A stretch of DNA of 64,000 nucleotides from NCBI GenBank assembly GCA_001918155.1, contig MNFJ01000105.1, forward strand, positions 7,299 to 71,298, given 5' to 3'. Below are positions 35,871-45,134 of this stretch, one piece after another (positions within the stretch are counted from its first letter, which is position 1; every line of letters starts with the position of its first letter). Made by a program: the position numbers and the translations under genes. The notes beneath the pieces are model-generated. The model was not told where the DNA came from and searched no databases. It worked only from the letters and a program-made list of their open reading frames with translations. This stretch comes from Deltaproteobacteria bacterium 13_1_40CM_4_68_19 (GTDB lineage: Bacteria; Myxococcota; Myxococcia; Myxococcales; 40CM-4-68-19).

Positions 35871-37114
35871 ACCACTTCCAGCGCCGCAAGGGCGAGCTGT
35901 GCTGCGAGGACGTGCCGCTGTCCCGGCTGGCGGAAGAAGTGGGAACGCCGGCGTACGTCTACTCGAAAGCGACCCTGCTCCGGCACGCGCGGGTCTTCCG
36001 CTCCGCGCTGCGAGGACTCGACGTCCTCGCCTGCTTTGCGGTGAAGTCCGCGCCGAATCTCGCTTTGCTCGCGCTGCTCGCGCGTGAGGGTCTCGGCTTC
36101 GACATCGTCTCCGGCGGAGAGCTCTTCCGCGTGCTGCAGGCAGGTGGGGACGCACGCAAGGTCGTCTTCTCCGGCGTCGGCAAGCGGCAGGAAGAGCTCG
36201 CGGCGGCGCTGGACGCGGGCATCTTCCAGTTCAACTGCGAGAGCGAGGAAGAGCTGCAGCAGCTCTCTCGCATCGCGGCACGCAAGAAGAGGGTGGCGCC
36301 GGTCGCGCTGCGCGTGAATCCCGAGGTGGACGCGCGCACGCACCCGCACATCGCCACTGCCCTCTCCACGAGCAAGTTCGGCATCCCCGCCGAACGGGTG
36401 CTCGCGACGTACCGGCTCGCGGCTTCGCTCCCCGGCATCCGGGCGGTGGGCGTCGCCTGCCACATCGGCTCCCAGATCGCCTCGGTGAAGCCCTTCGCGG
36501 AGGCCGCGGAGAAGATGCGGGCCCTGGTATTGCGGTTGCGCGAGGATGGCCACGACATCCGCCGCCTGGACATGGGCGGCGGCCTCGGCGTGCCCTACGG
36601 CGACGGGCCGGAGCCTCCCTCGCCGCGGCAGTATGGCGAAGCGCTGGTGCGCGTACTCGAGGGGTTGGACGTGAAGGTGCTGGTCGAACCCGGGCGGCTC
36701 CTGGTGGCGAACGCGGGCGTGCTCCTCACGCGGGTCTTGCTGCGCAAGCAGGGGCGCGGATCGCGCAGGTTCGTGGTGGTCGACGCCGGCATGAACGACC
36801 TGTTGCGACCAGCGCTGTACCAGGCGCACCATGAGCTTGAGCCGGTCGCCCGGCCCCGCCGGGGCGCGGAGGTGGTCGACGTGGTCGGCCCGGTCTGCGA
36901 GAGCGCCGACGTGCTGGCGAAACGGCGCCGGGTCCATCCATTGGCAACCGGCGACCTCATCGTCATGCGCACCGCGGGCGCCTACGGGATGGCGATGGCC
37001 TCACAGTACAATGCCCGCCCCAGGCCGGTGGAAGTGCTGGTGGACGGGCGCTCGTGGCGCGTGATTCGCGCGCGTGAGAGTTATAAAGACCTGATCCGCG
37101 GCGAGTCGCCGTAG
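35867..37114 (+). CDS. lysA: Diaminopimelate decarboxylase
   Basis: 415 aa. FAVKSAPNLALL (PLP Lys), HIGSQI, GGGLGVPY, CESAD and RTAGAYG motifs. Confidence 0.95.
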   Translation: MNHFQRRKGELCCEDVPLSRLAEEVGTPAYVYSKATLLRHARVFRSALRGLDVLACFAVKSAPNLALLALLAREGLGFDIVSGGELFRVLQAGGDARKVVFSGVGKRQEELAAALDAGIFQFNCESEEELQQLSRIAARKKRVAPVALRVNPEVDARTHPHIATALSTSKFGIPAERVLATYRLAASLPGIRAVGVACHIGSQIASVKPFAEAAEKMRALVLRLREDGHDIRRLDMGGGLGVPYGDGPEPPSPRQYGEALVRVLEGLDVKVLVEPGRLLVANAGVLLTRVLLRKQGRGSRRFVVVDAGMNDLLRPALYQAHHELEPVARPRRGAEVVDVVGPVCESADVLAKRRRVHPLATGDLIVMRTAGAYGMAMASQYNARPRPVEVLVDGRSWRVIRARESYKDLIRGESP

Positions 37115-37124
37115 GGAGCGAGCG

Positions 37125-38009
37125 ATGAGCAGGCTGCGCGGTTCCATGGTCGCACTGGTCACCCCCTTCCGGGACGGTGCCCTCGACGAGGCTGCGTTGC
37201 GCGCCCTCGCGCGGTGGCAGATCGAAAAGGGCACTTCCGGACTGGTTCCCTGCGGCACCACCGGGGAGGGCGCGACGGTCACCGCCGACGAGCACTTCCG
37301 GATCGTGCGGGCCTGTGCAGAGGAGGCCCGCGGGCGGGTGCCGGTGATCGCCGGCTGCGGCAGCAACGATACGCGCAAGACGATCGAGAACGTCCAGCGG
37401 GCAAAGGAAGCCGGCGCCGATGCGGCGCTGGTGGTGACGCCCTACTACAACAAGCCCACTCCGGAAGGGCTCTTCCGCCACTTCGAGGCGGTTGCGAAGC
37501 AGGGCGGGCTGCCGGTGGTGCTCTACAACGTCCCCTCGCGAACGGCCGTCGACATGCTCGCGGACACGGTCGCCCGCTGCGCGAAGCTTCCCGGGATCAT
37601 CGGCGTGAAAGAGGCGAGCGGCAACGTCGTGCGGATCGCGGAGATCCAGGCGGCGGGCGTACCGCCGGACTTCGCGCTCCTCGCCGGCGACGACATGTTC
37701 ACGCTCCCGACGCTGGCTTCCGGCGGCCTCGGCGTGATCAGCGTGGTGGCGAACATCGCTCCGGCGGACCTGGCGGGGCTCTGCGACGCGTACTTCGCCG
37801 GCGATCTGGCGAAGGCCCAGCGCGCGCAGACGAGGTTCGCCAGCCTGGTCAAGGCGATGTTCTGCGAAACCAACCCGATGCCGGTGAAGCACGCGCTGTA
37901 CCGGATGGGAAGGATCTCTCCCGAGCTGCGCCTGCCGCTGGTTCCGATCTCGCAGTCGGGCGCAATCCGCGTCGAGGCGGCGATGCGCGAGTACGGCGGC
38001 CTGCTGTGA
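37125..38009 (+). CDS. dapA: 4-hydroxy-tetrahydrodipicolinate synthase
   Basis: 294 aa. [15 protein letters not shown] and the VGVKEASGN (Schiff-base Lys) pattern. Confidence 0.95.
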   Translation: MSRLRGSMVALVTPFRDGALDEAALRALARWQIEKGTSGLVPCGTTGEGATVTADEHFRIVRACAEEARGRVPVIAGCGSNDTRKTIENVQRAKEAGADAALVVTPYYNKPTPEGLFRHFEAVAKQGGLPVVLYNVPSRTAVDMLADTVARCAKLPGIIGVKEASGNVVRIAEIQAAGVPPDFALLAGDDMFTLPTLASGGLGVISVVANIAPADLAGLCDAYFAGDLAKAQRAQTRFASLVKAMFCETNPMPVKHALYRMGRISPELRLPLVPISQSGAIRVEAAMREYGGLL

Positions 38010-38791
38010 TCCGGGCGGTGGTGGCCGGCGCGGGCGGCAGGATGGGCTCTCGCGTCCTCGCCGCGCTGCGCGAGGAGAAGGACTTCGCGGTGACCGGCGC
38101 GTTCGAGCGCGCCGGCAGCGAGCACGTGGGCCGCGATGCGGACGGCATCGCAATCGTGGCGGGGATCGACGATGCCCTGGGCAAAGGCGCGGACGTGGTG
38201 ATCGACTTCACCGCCCCTTCCGCGTCGCTGCAGCACGCGTCCGTCTGCGCCGCGCGAGGCGTGGCGCTGGTGATCGGCACCACCGGTTTCGCCGCCGAGC
38301 AGAAGAACGACCTGCGCACCGCGGCGCGTCGCATCCCCCTGGTCCTCGCCCCCAACATGAGCGTCGGCGTGAACGTGCTGTTCCGGCTGGTGGCGGAGGC
38401 GGCGCGCGCGCTGGGATCGGCGTACGAGGTGGAGATCGTCGAGATGCACCACCGCATGAAGCGCGACGCGCCGAGCGGCACCGCATTGCGGCTCGCCGAG
38501 ATCGCTGCGGAGGCGCTCGGTCCCGGTCCCGAGCAGTCCTTCGTGTACGCCCGCCATGGCGATACCGGTCCCCGGAAGAAGGGCAGCATCGGCCTGCAGT
38601 CGCTGCGCGGCGGCGACGTCGTCGGTGAGCACACGGTCCATTTCCTCGCGGACGGGGAGCGCCTGGAGTTGACGCACGAGGCGACGAGCCGCGACAACTT
38701 CGCCCGCGGCGCGGTCCGGGCTGCGCGCTGGCTTGCGGGCAGAAAGCCCGGCTTCTACGACATGCAGGACGTTCTCGGGCTGCGGACATGA
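38006..38791 (+). CDS. dapB: 4-hydroxy-tetrahydrodipicolinate reductase
   Basis: GTG 38006 overlaps the dapA stop (GTGA). [14 protein letters not shown] and [15 protein letters not shown] motifs. Confidence 0.9.
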   Translation: MIRAVVAGAGGRMGSRVLAALREEKDFAVTGAFERAGSEHVGRDADGIAIVAGIDDALGKGADVVIDFTAPSASLQHASVCAARGVALVIGTTGFAAEQKNDLRTAARRIPLVLAPNMSVGVNVLFRLVAEAARALGSAYEVEIVEMHHRMKRDAPSGTALRLAEIAAEALGPGPEQSFVYARHGDTGPRKKGSIGLQSLRGGDVVGEHTVHFLADGERLELTHEATSRDNFARGAVRAARWLAGRKPGFYDMQDVLGLRT

Positions 38792-39564
38792 TTCAGATCG
38801 CGCGTTATCTGGGAAGCGACGGCGAAATCCTCGAAGGCGTCGTCGTGGGCGACGAGATCGAGGAGATCTCGGGACTGGACCCCATGCTGCGCGGCGGACG
38901 CCGCGTCGGAGGGAAGCGCAAGCTCGCCGGCGTCCAGCTCCTTCCCTGGGGCCTCGGCCGCAAGATCGTCGGGATCGGGAAGAACTACGTCGATCACGCG
39001 AAGGAGTTCGCCAGCGAGGTGCCGAAGGAGCCGCTGCTCTTGATGAAGCCGACCAGCGCGCTGATCGGCCACGGGCAGGCGATCGTCCTGCCGCCGCAGT
39101 CCATCTCGAAGGAAGTCCATCACGAGTCGGAGCTTGCCGTGATCGTGGGCAAGCGCCTGAGGCGCGCATCCGAGTCCGAATGCGCGAAGGCAATCGCGGG
39201 CCTCACCTGCCTCAACGACGTGACCGCCCGCGACATCCAGCGCGCGGAAGGGCAGTGGACCCGGGCCAAGGGGTTCGACACGTTCTGTCCGGTGGGGCCC
39301 TGGGTGACGGTCGGGATCGACTGGTCGAACCTGCGCGTGCAGTGCCGCGTCAACGGCGTGGTGAAGCAGGACGGACGCACGAAGGACCAGGTGTTTCCCG
39401 TCCCGCGGCTGCTCGCGTTCATCTCCGCGGGGATGACCCTGGAGCCCGGCGACGTGGTCACGACGGGGACCCCGGCCGGCGTCGGTCCCATCCGGGGCGG
39501 CGATGTGGTCGAGGTCGAAGTCGAAGGCGTCGGGGTGCTCCGCAACGAGGTGCGGGCCGAGTGA
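38788..39564 (+). CDS. Fumarylacetoacetate hydrolase (FAH) family protein
   Basis: 258 aa. [32 protein letters not shown] and [12 protein letters not shown] overlap with dapB. Confidence 0.85.
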   Translation: MIQIARYLGSDGEILEGVVVGDEIEEISGLDPMLRGGRRVGGKRKLAGVQLLPWGLGRKIVGIGKNYVDHAKEFASEVPKEPLLLMKPTSALIGHGQAIVLPPQSISKEVHHESELAVIVGKRLRRASESECAKAIAGLTCLNDVTARDIQRAEGQWTRAKGFDTFCPVGPWVTVGIDWSNLRVQCRVNGVVKQDGRTKDQVFPVPRLLAFISAGMTLEPGDVVTTGTPAGVGPIRGGDVVEVEVEGVGVLRNEVRAE

Positions 39565-40685
39565 ACCCTCTGCTCTCCCGGCTAGCCGGGTACATGCAGG
39601 AGACCGCGAATGCGCAGCGCGAGGTGGCCTTGCGGTCGGGCAGGCCCGTGTACGATTTCGGGATCGGGGATCCGCGCGAGCCGACTCCCGGATTCATCCG
39701 CAAGGCGCTGCGGGACGGCGTTCCCGAGGTTTCGCAGTATCCCTCGATCGCGGGGGCGCCCGCGCTGCGCACGGCGATCGCGGGCTACCTGCAGCGCCGC
39801 TTCGCGCTCTCGCTCGATCCGGACACGGAGATCCTGCCCTGCGCGGGAGCGAAAGAGGCGTTGTTCCATCTTCCGCTCTGCGCGGTCAGCCCCGATCGGC
39901 CGCTCTGCTGGTACCCCGACCCGGCATACCCGGTCTACGAGCGCGCGATCCTCTTCGCGGGCGCGACCCCGCGCACCTATCCCCTGCGCGCCGCGCGGCA
40001 GTTCCTGCCGGATCTCGACGCGATCCCGGCCGCGGATCTTCGCCGGACCAGCCTCTGGTTCGACTGCTATCCGCACAATCCGACCGGAGCGGGGGCGCCG
40101 CGGGAGCACCACGAGAAGCTCGCGCGGCTGGCGAAGGAGCACGGCTTTCTCGTGGCCTGCGACGAGCCTTACGTCGATCTCTACGTGCACGAGCCGCCCC
40201 ACTCGGCCCTGCAGATCTCGCGCCGGCGCTTGATCGCCATCCACAGCTTGTCGAAGCGCAGCGGCATGACCGGCTACCGGAGCGGGTTCATCGCCGGCGA
40301 TCCCGAGGTGATGCGCTGGCTGCGGGAGGCGCGCGCGAACTTCGGAGTCGCCTCCCAGGCGTTCGTCCAGCAGGCAGCGATCGCGGCTTGGAGCGACGAC
40401 ACGCACGTCGAGCAGCGCCGCAGGGTCTTCGCGGAGAAGCGGGAGGTGCTGCTCGCGCACCTGCGCAAGCTCGGGCTGGAGGTGGGCGGGGAAGGCGCGT
40501 TCTATCTCTGGGTGCGCGTCCCGCGCGGGGAGACCAGCGAGGGATACGCGGCCCGGCTCGCGGCCCGGAACATCCTGGTGGTGCCCGGAACGCAGTTCGG
40601 CGCCGAGGGCGAGGGGTTCATCCGGCTGGCGATGGTTCCCACCGTCGCCGACTGCCGGGCCGCCGTGGAGGCCTGGCCGGCCTGA
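39561..40685 (+). CDS. dapC: Class I aminotransferase, succinyldiaminopimelate transaminase (DapC)-type
   Basis: GTG 39561 overlaps the FAH stop (GTGA). NPTG, DEPYVDL and SLSKRSGMTGYRSGF (PLP Lys). Function assigned from motif plus dap-cluster context. Confidence 0.7.
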   Translation: MNPLLSRLAGYMQETANAQREVALRSGRPVYDFGIGDPREPTPGFIRKALRDGVPEVSQYPSIAGAPALRTAIAGYLQRRFALSLDPDTEILPCAGAKEALFHLPLCAVSPDRPLCWYPDPAYPVYERAILFAGATPRTYPLRAARQFLPDLDAIPAADLRRTSLWFDCYPHNPTGAGAPREHHEKLARLAKEHGFLVACDEPYVDLYVHEPPHSALQISRRRLIAIHSLSKRSGMTGYRSGFIAGDPEVMRWLREARANFGVASQAFVQQAAIAAWSDDTHVEQRRRVFAEKREVLLAHLRKLGLEVGGEGAFYLWVRVPRGETSEGYAARLAARNILVVPGTQFGAEGEGFIRLAMVPTVADCRAAVEAWPA

Positions 40686-40718
40686 TGCACGGAAGCAGTC
40701 GGCGCTTCGCCGAGCCGC

Positions 40719-41728
40719 TTGCGGCGAGAACGGGAGGCTGCGCACGATCTCATCGTGCGCATCGCCGCCGCATTCGCAGCCGCCCTGCTGGCCATCGGGG
40801 CCGTCACCGCCGCGTCGCTCCGTCGCTTTCCGCGCGGCGCGACTGGTCGCGCTGGATCGTGCACACGCAGGACGTGCGGCTCTCCATCGCGCGCGTCTTG
40901 ACGCTCGCGACGGAGGCCGAGTCGGCACGACGCAGCTACCTGCTTGAGGGACGCGAGGAGTCCGTCCAGTCGTTCCGCAAGGCTGAAGAGGACCTCGCGA
41001 GGGAGGTCGACAAGCTGGCCTCGCTCAACAGCGACAATTCCCGGCAACAAGAGGGCAGATGCTGCAGAGGAGGGAAGAGCTGACGCCGGCGCAGGCGAAC
41101 GCGGTCAACCGCATCCTGCGCAGTGCCGCCCGCATCGATGCGCTCGCCGGCCTGTTGATCGACTTCACCTACGCGCGCCTGGGCAAGGGCATTCCGGCGC
41201 GCGCGAGCGCCATGGATGCCCGCGCGATCGTCGAGCGCGCGATCGACGAGCTGCGCGAGACGAATCCAGGGCGTGAGATTCGCCTCGAGAGCAACGCGGC
41301 CGCGCTGTCCGGCTCCTGGGACCCGGATCGCGTCTCGCAGCTCCTGTCGAACCTCGTGTCCAATGCGCTCCAGTATGGCGCGCGCGATGCGCCGGTCACC
41401 GTATCCTTGTCTCGTGATGCGGCAGGCGCGCTGGAGGTCCGGGTCCACAACCAGGGGCCGGCCATCGCGGCCGGGTTGCGGCAGCACCTGTTCGAGCCAC
41501 ACCGGCGGAGCGAAGGCGCGGAGAGCGCGCACCCGCGCGGCCTCGGGCTGGGGCGGGCTATTCATCGTCCGCGAGATCGCTCGCGCGCATGGCGGCTCGG
41601 TCGAGGTGCGCTCCGATGCTCAGGGCACCACGTTTGCCGTCAGCCTTCCGGACGCACGGCCGCCGCCGGTGTCCGGCGATGTCGACCGGCAACGGGAGAC
41701 GGTGGCGACCGGCCTTCCTGCCGTATAG
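40719..41728 (+). pseudogene. CHASE3-type sensor histidine kinase, decayed (two frameshifts plus a large internal deletion)
   Basis: TM1 in frame 0 (IVRIAAAFAAALLAIGAVTAASLRRF). CHASE3 start in frame 2 (WIVHTQDVRLSIARVLTLATEAESARRSYLLEG..). Distal HisKA + HATPase in frame 1 (..NLVSNALQYG..VRVHNQGPAI..GLGLG). Final G2-box end in frame 2 (LFIVREIARAHGGSVEVRSDAQGTTFAVSLP). The H-box is absent. Confidence 0.6.
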
Positions 41729-41751
41729 AGCTGTGTTAGCGTTCACCGCCC

Positions 41752-42600
41752 ATGCAGGACCCCGCTGCGACAGAGCTGAGGCTCCCCCAGGCGTCCGCAG
41801 ACGCCTTGCGCGCGGCCGTGGAGGAGGCGCAGCGGGACCGCGCCTCCCTCGATCGCCACGCCAACGCCGTGCGCGAGGTGGTCTACCGCCTCGACCAAGG
41901 CACGCTGCGCGTCGCGGAGAAGGGGGCGACGGGCTGGGCGATCCACGGCTGGATCCAGCAAGCGATCAACCTGTTCTTCGGCCTGGCGCAGGGCCAGGTC
42001 TACGCGGCAGGCGATCTGCGGTTCTTCGACAAGATCCCGCCCAAGCGGCCGGGAGGTGACTTCCGCGTGGTCCCGCCGGGAGTCGTGCGCTACGGGGCGC
42101 ACGTCGAGAAGGGCGCCATCGTGATGCCGGGCTACGTGAACATCGGGGCGCGCGTCGGCGCGGGCAGCATGGTCGACACCTGGGCGACGGTCGGCTCCTG
42201 CGCCCAGGTCGGGCGCGGCGTGCACCTCTCCGGCGGGGTGGGGCTCGGAGGTGTCCTCGAGCCGCCCGGGGCGCGACCGGTGATCATCGAGGACGGCGCG
42301 TTCATCGGCAGCCGGTGCATCGTGGTCGAAGGCGTCCTGGTGGAGGAGGAGGCGGTGCTCGGCGCGGGAGTAGTGCTCACCTCCAGCACGCCGATCCATG
42401 ACGTGACGGGCGCGAAGGAAAAGGTGATCAAGGGAATGATCCCGGCGCGCAGCGTGGTGATCCCCGGCATGCGCCCGCGGAGCTTTCCGGCCGGCGAGTA
42501 CCTGACGCCGTGCGCGCTGATCATCGGCACCCGCACGCAGAGCACCGACCGCAAGACTTCGCTCAACTCGGCGCTCCGGGACTTCGGGGTTCCGGTCTGA
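41752..42600 (+). CDS. dapD: 2,3,4,5-tetrahydropyridine-2,6-dicarboxylate N-succinyltransferase
   Basis: 282 aa. Hexapeptide repeats (GAIVMPGYVNIGARVGAGSMVDTWATVGSCAQVG..) and DapD-type N- and C-termini. Confidence 0.9.
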   Translation: MQDPAATELRLPQASADALRAAVEEAQRDRASLDRHANAVREVVYRLDQGTLRVAEKGATGWAIHGWIQQAINLFFGLAQGQVYAAGDLRFFDKIPPKRPGGDFRVVPPGVVRYGAHVEKGAIVMPGYVNIGARVGAGSMVDTWATVGSCAQVGRGVHLSGGVGLGGVLEPPGARPVIIEDGAFIGSRCIVVEGVLVEEEAVLGAGVVLTSSTPIHDVTGAKEKVIKGMIPARSVVIPGMRPRSFPAGEYLTPCALIIGTRTQSTDRKTSLNSALRDFGVPV

Positions 42601-43646
42601 TGGACCTCGCGGCGCGCACCCTCCAGCTCTGCGAGATCCGCAGTCCCGTCGGGGAAGAAGCGGAGATCGCCGCTTACGTCGCGCGTGAGACCGGTGGCGA
42701 GCGCATCGGCAACGCGGTCGTCTGCGGCGCGGTTTCCGGCCGGTGTCCCGCCGTCCTCCTCGCCGGGCACCTGGACACGGTCCCGCTCCAGGATGGCGAC
42801 TTCCCCGCCCGCCGCGAGAACGGGCGCGTGTACGGGCGGGGAGCGAGCGACATGAAGGGCGCCCTGGCGGTGATGATCGAGCTCTGGAAGCGTCTCGATC
42901 GCGACGCGCTCGCGCTCGAGCTCGTGCTGCTGTTCTATGACCGCGAAGAGGGACCGATCGCGCAGAACGGCCTTCGCGCGGCGCTCGAGAAGCGCCCCGA
43001 CCTGCGCCGCGCATCGTTCGCGCTCTGCCTGGAGCCCACGGACCTGTCGCTCCAGGTCGGCTGCTGCGGTTCCATGCACGCGACGGTGACGTTTCACGGC
43101 CGCAGCGCGCATTCGGCCAGACCCTGGCAGGGCGAGAACGCGATCCACAAGGCGGGGGCGCTGCTCTCGCACCTGGCGGCGCAGCCGCCGCGGGATGTGC
43201 GGATCGGCGAGCTGCTCTACCGCGAGGTGATGACCGTGACCCGCATCGAGGGTTTCACCGGCCGCAACGTGGTGCCCGCGCGGTGCGATCTCAATCTGAA
43301 CTTCCGCTTCGCTCCCGGCCGGAGCGTCGAAGAGGCGGAGGCCGAGGTGCAGGCGCTGGCGCGGCGATTCGGCGCCACTGCGACGGTGACCGACCGCGCC
43401 CCGAGCGGACCCGTGGTCCTCGACAACGCGCTGCTCCAGGAATTGCGCGCGCTGACGGCGGCCCCCTTGGAAGCCAAGCAGGCCTGGACCGACGTCGCGC
43501 AGCTGGCGCAGGCGGGCATCCCAGCCGCGAACTTCGGCCCCGGCGAGCAGGCGCAGGCGCACCAGCGCGGGGAGAGCTGCCCGGAGGAAGCGCTGCACCG
43601 CGCGTACACGATGCTCGAGCGGTTCCTGCGAGAGGCGGTGCCATGA
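42600..43646 (+). CDS. dapE: Succinyl-diaminopimelate desuccinylase (M20 family)
   Basis: 348 aa. AGHLDTVP and GRGASDMKGALAV. ATG shares one nt with the dapD TGA. Sits in the dap cluster. Confidence 0.8.
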   Translation: MDLAARTLQLCEIRSPVGEEAEIAAYVARETGGERIGNAVVCGAVSGRCPAVLLAGHLDTVPLQDGDFPARRENGRVYGRGASDMKGALAVMIELWKRLDRDALALELVLLFYDREEGPIAQNGLRAALEKRPDLRRASFALCLEPTDLSLQVGCCGSMHATVTFHGRSAHSARPWQGENAIHKAGALLSHLAAQPPRDVRIGELLYREVMTVTRIEGFTGRNVVPARCDLNLNFRFAPGRSVEEAEAEVQALARRFGATATVTDRAPSGPVVLDNALLQELRALTAAPLEAKQAWTDVAQLAQAGIPAANFGPGEQAQAHQRGESCPEEALHRAYTMLERFLREAVP

Positions 43647-44188
43647 TCGAGGCATTCGTGGGCCTCGGATCGAATCTGGGCGATCGCCTCGCGAACCTGG
43701 CGACCGCGGTGGCCCTGCTCTCCCGCGAACCGGGGTTCTCGCTCCGGCGCGTCTCCCTCGCGTACGAGAGCGAGCCCGTCGGCCCGCCGCAGCCGCGCTA
43801 TCTCAACGCGGTCGCGCAGATCGGGACGCTGCTTTCACCGCGCGCCACCTTGCAGCGTCTGCAGGCGATGGAAGAGCGGATGGGCCGCGTCCGCCGCGAG
43901 AGGTGGGGATCGAGGGAGATCGACCTCGATCTGCTCCTCTACGGCGAGCGGCTGGTGGAAGAGACCGGTCTGCGCATTCCGCACCCGCTTCTCCAGGATC
44001 GGGCATTCGCGCTGGTGCCGCTGGCGGAGATCGCTCCGGCCGCCGTGCATCCCGTCTCCGGGCTGACCATGCGCGACCTGCGGGATCGGCTGCAGGCGGA
44101 GCAGCGCGGAAGCGTGCTGCCCTACCGTCCCATCCGTAGCCCGCTCCCGGAACCGGAGGACAACGGAGAGACGCCGCCGGCTCGGTGA
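43643..44188 (+). CDS. folK: 2-amino-4-hydroxy-6-hydroxymethyldihydropteridine diphosphokinase
   Basis: 181 aa. AFVGLGSNLGDR, YESEPVG, WGSREIDLDLLLYG and PHPLLQDRAFAL. ATGA overlap with dapE. Confidence 0.9.
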   Translation: MIEAFVGLGSNLGDRLANLATAVALLSREPGFSLRRVSLAYESEPVGPPQPRYLNAVAQIGTLLSPRATLQRLQAMEERMGRVRRERWGSREIDLDLLLYGERLVEETGLRIPHPLLQDRAFALVPLAEIAPAAVHPVSGLTMRDLRDRLQAEQRGSVLPYRPIRSPLPEPEDNGETPPAR

Positions 44189-44279
44189 GCGGTCCGCGCT
44201 CCGGGCGATGCGTTCCAGCCGGGCGGGCGAGCGCGTCGGACTCCTGATGCACAGTCTGCAACCAGGAGGTTCCCCCCCA

Positions 44280-44652
44280 ATGGACGCCATAGCCCTGTTG
44301 CTGCACGACCATCGCGAAGTCGAGCAGCTGTTCCGCCAGTTCGAAAAGCTCACGGAGCGCGCGCACAAATCGAAGCAGAAGATCGTGATGAAGGTGATCC
44401 GCGAGCTCGCGATCCACTCCGCGATCGAGGAGATGCCTCGGCGAAGACATGCTCGAGGAGCTGGGGGAGCGGATGGAGAAGGCGAAGAAGCTCGCCCCGA
44501 CCCGCCCGCATCCGCGTGCACCCGATCAGCCGCCCGGCAACCTCGTGGCCGGCACGGTGGCCGCGGTGATGGATCGAGCGAAGGACATGGTTCGAGACAG
44601 CGTCGATCGTCTCTCGCGCCGCGGCGGGCAAGACCGCGACGCCGGCGCTTAG
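44280..44652 (+). pseudogene. Hemerythrin-domain protein with internal deletion/frameshift
   Basis: Strong AGGAGG-9 nt-ATG. N-terminal part MDAIALLLHDHREVEQLFRQFE..IRELAIHSAIEE. The C-terminal part (..EDMLEELGERMEKAKKLAPTRPHPRAPDQPP..) is in a different frame. The central roughly 80 aa expected for the family are missing. Total length is 373 nt, not a multiple of 3. Confidence 0.55.
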
Positions 44653-45134
44653 TCGCCGCGTTTCCTGAAGCTCCACTCGACGGCGAACTCTGCCACCTGC
44701 GCGCCGTCCTTCTGGGTCCCGATCGATCTGGCCGTGAAGACGACTGCCTCCCCGGTCTTCACCGCCTCGTCGATGGCGGCGCGCATCGCCGCGCCGTCGG
44801 AGAACACGAACCTCGCCTGCGAGGTGGCCTTTTTCGTGAACCTTGCCGAGATGGCGGTCACGAGCGACGAGACCGGCGCGCCGCTCTGCTCGATGAACCA
44901 GAGCGCGGGCGCGCCAGTGGACAGCTCGGCGGCCATCGCCTGCGCCGCGAAGTAGGTCGATCCGAACGGGTTCTGCGTCTTCCAGCCCGCCGGAAGGGTC
45001 ACCTCGGCGCCGCTCTCGTCGAGACGTGCCACCCGCAGTCCCGCGAATGCCGCCAGCGGGAGCTTGCTCCAGAGAAGCGCGCGGATCCCGAAGGGATTGG
45101 TGAAGACGGCCTTGTAGAACCCGCCGCGGTTCAC
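44649..45134 (-). CDS. Hotdog-fold protein (DUF4442/thioesterase-like)
   Basis: 161 aa. ..GLRVARLDESGAEVTLPAGWKTQNPFGSTYFAAQAMAAELSTG.. fits the DUF4442 pattern (from memory). GTGA overlap with the upstream hydrolase. Confidence 0.55.
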   Translation of the reverse strand: MNRGGFYKAVFTNPFGIRALLWSKLPLAAFAGLRVARLDESGAEVTLPAGWKTQNPFGSTYFAAQAMAAELSTGAPALWFIEQSGAPVSSLVTAISARFTKKATSQARFVFSDGAAMRAAIDEAVKTGEAVVFTARSIGTQKDGAQVAEFAVEWSFRKRGD

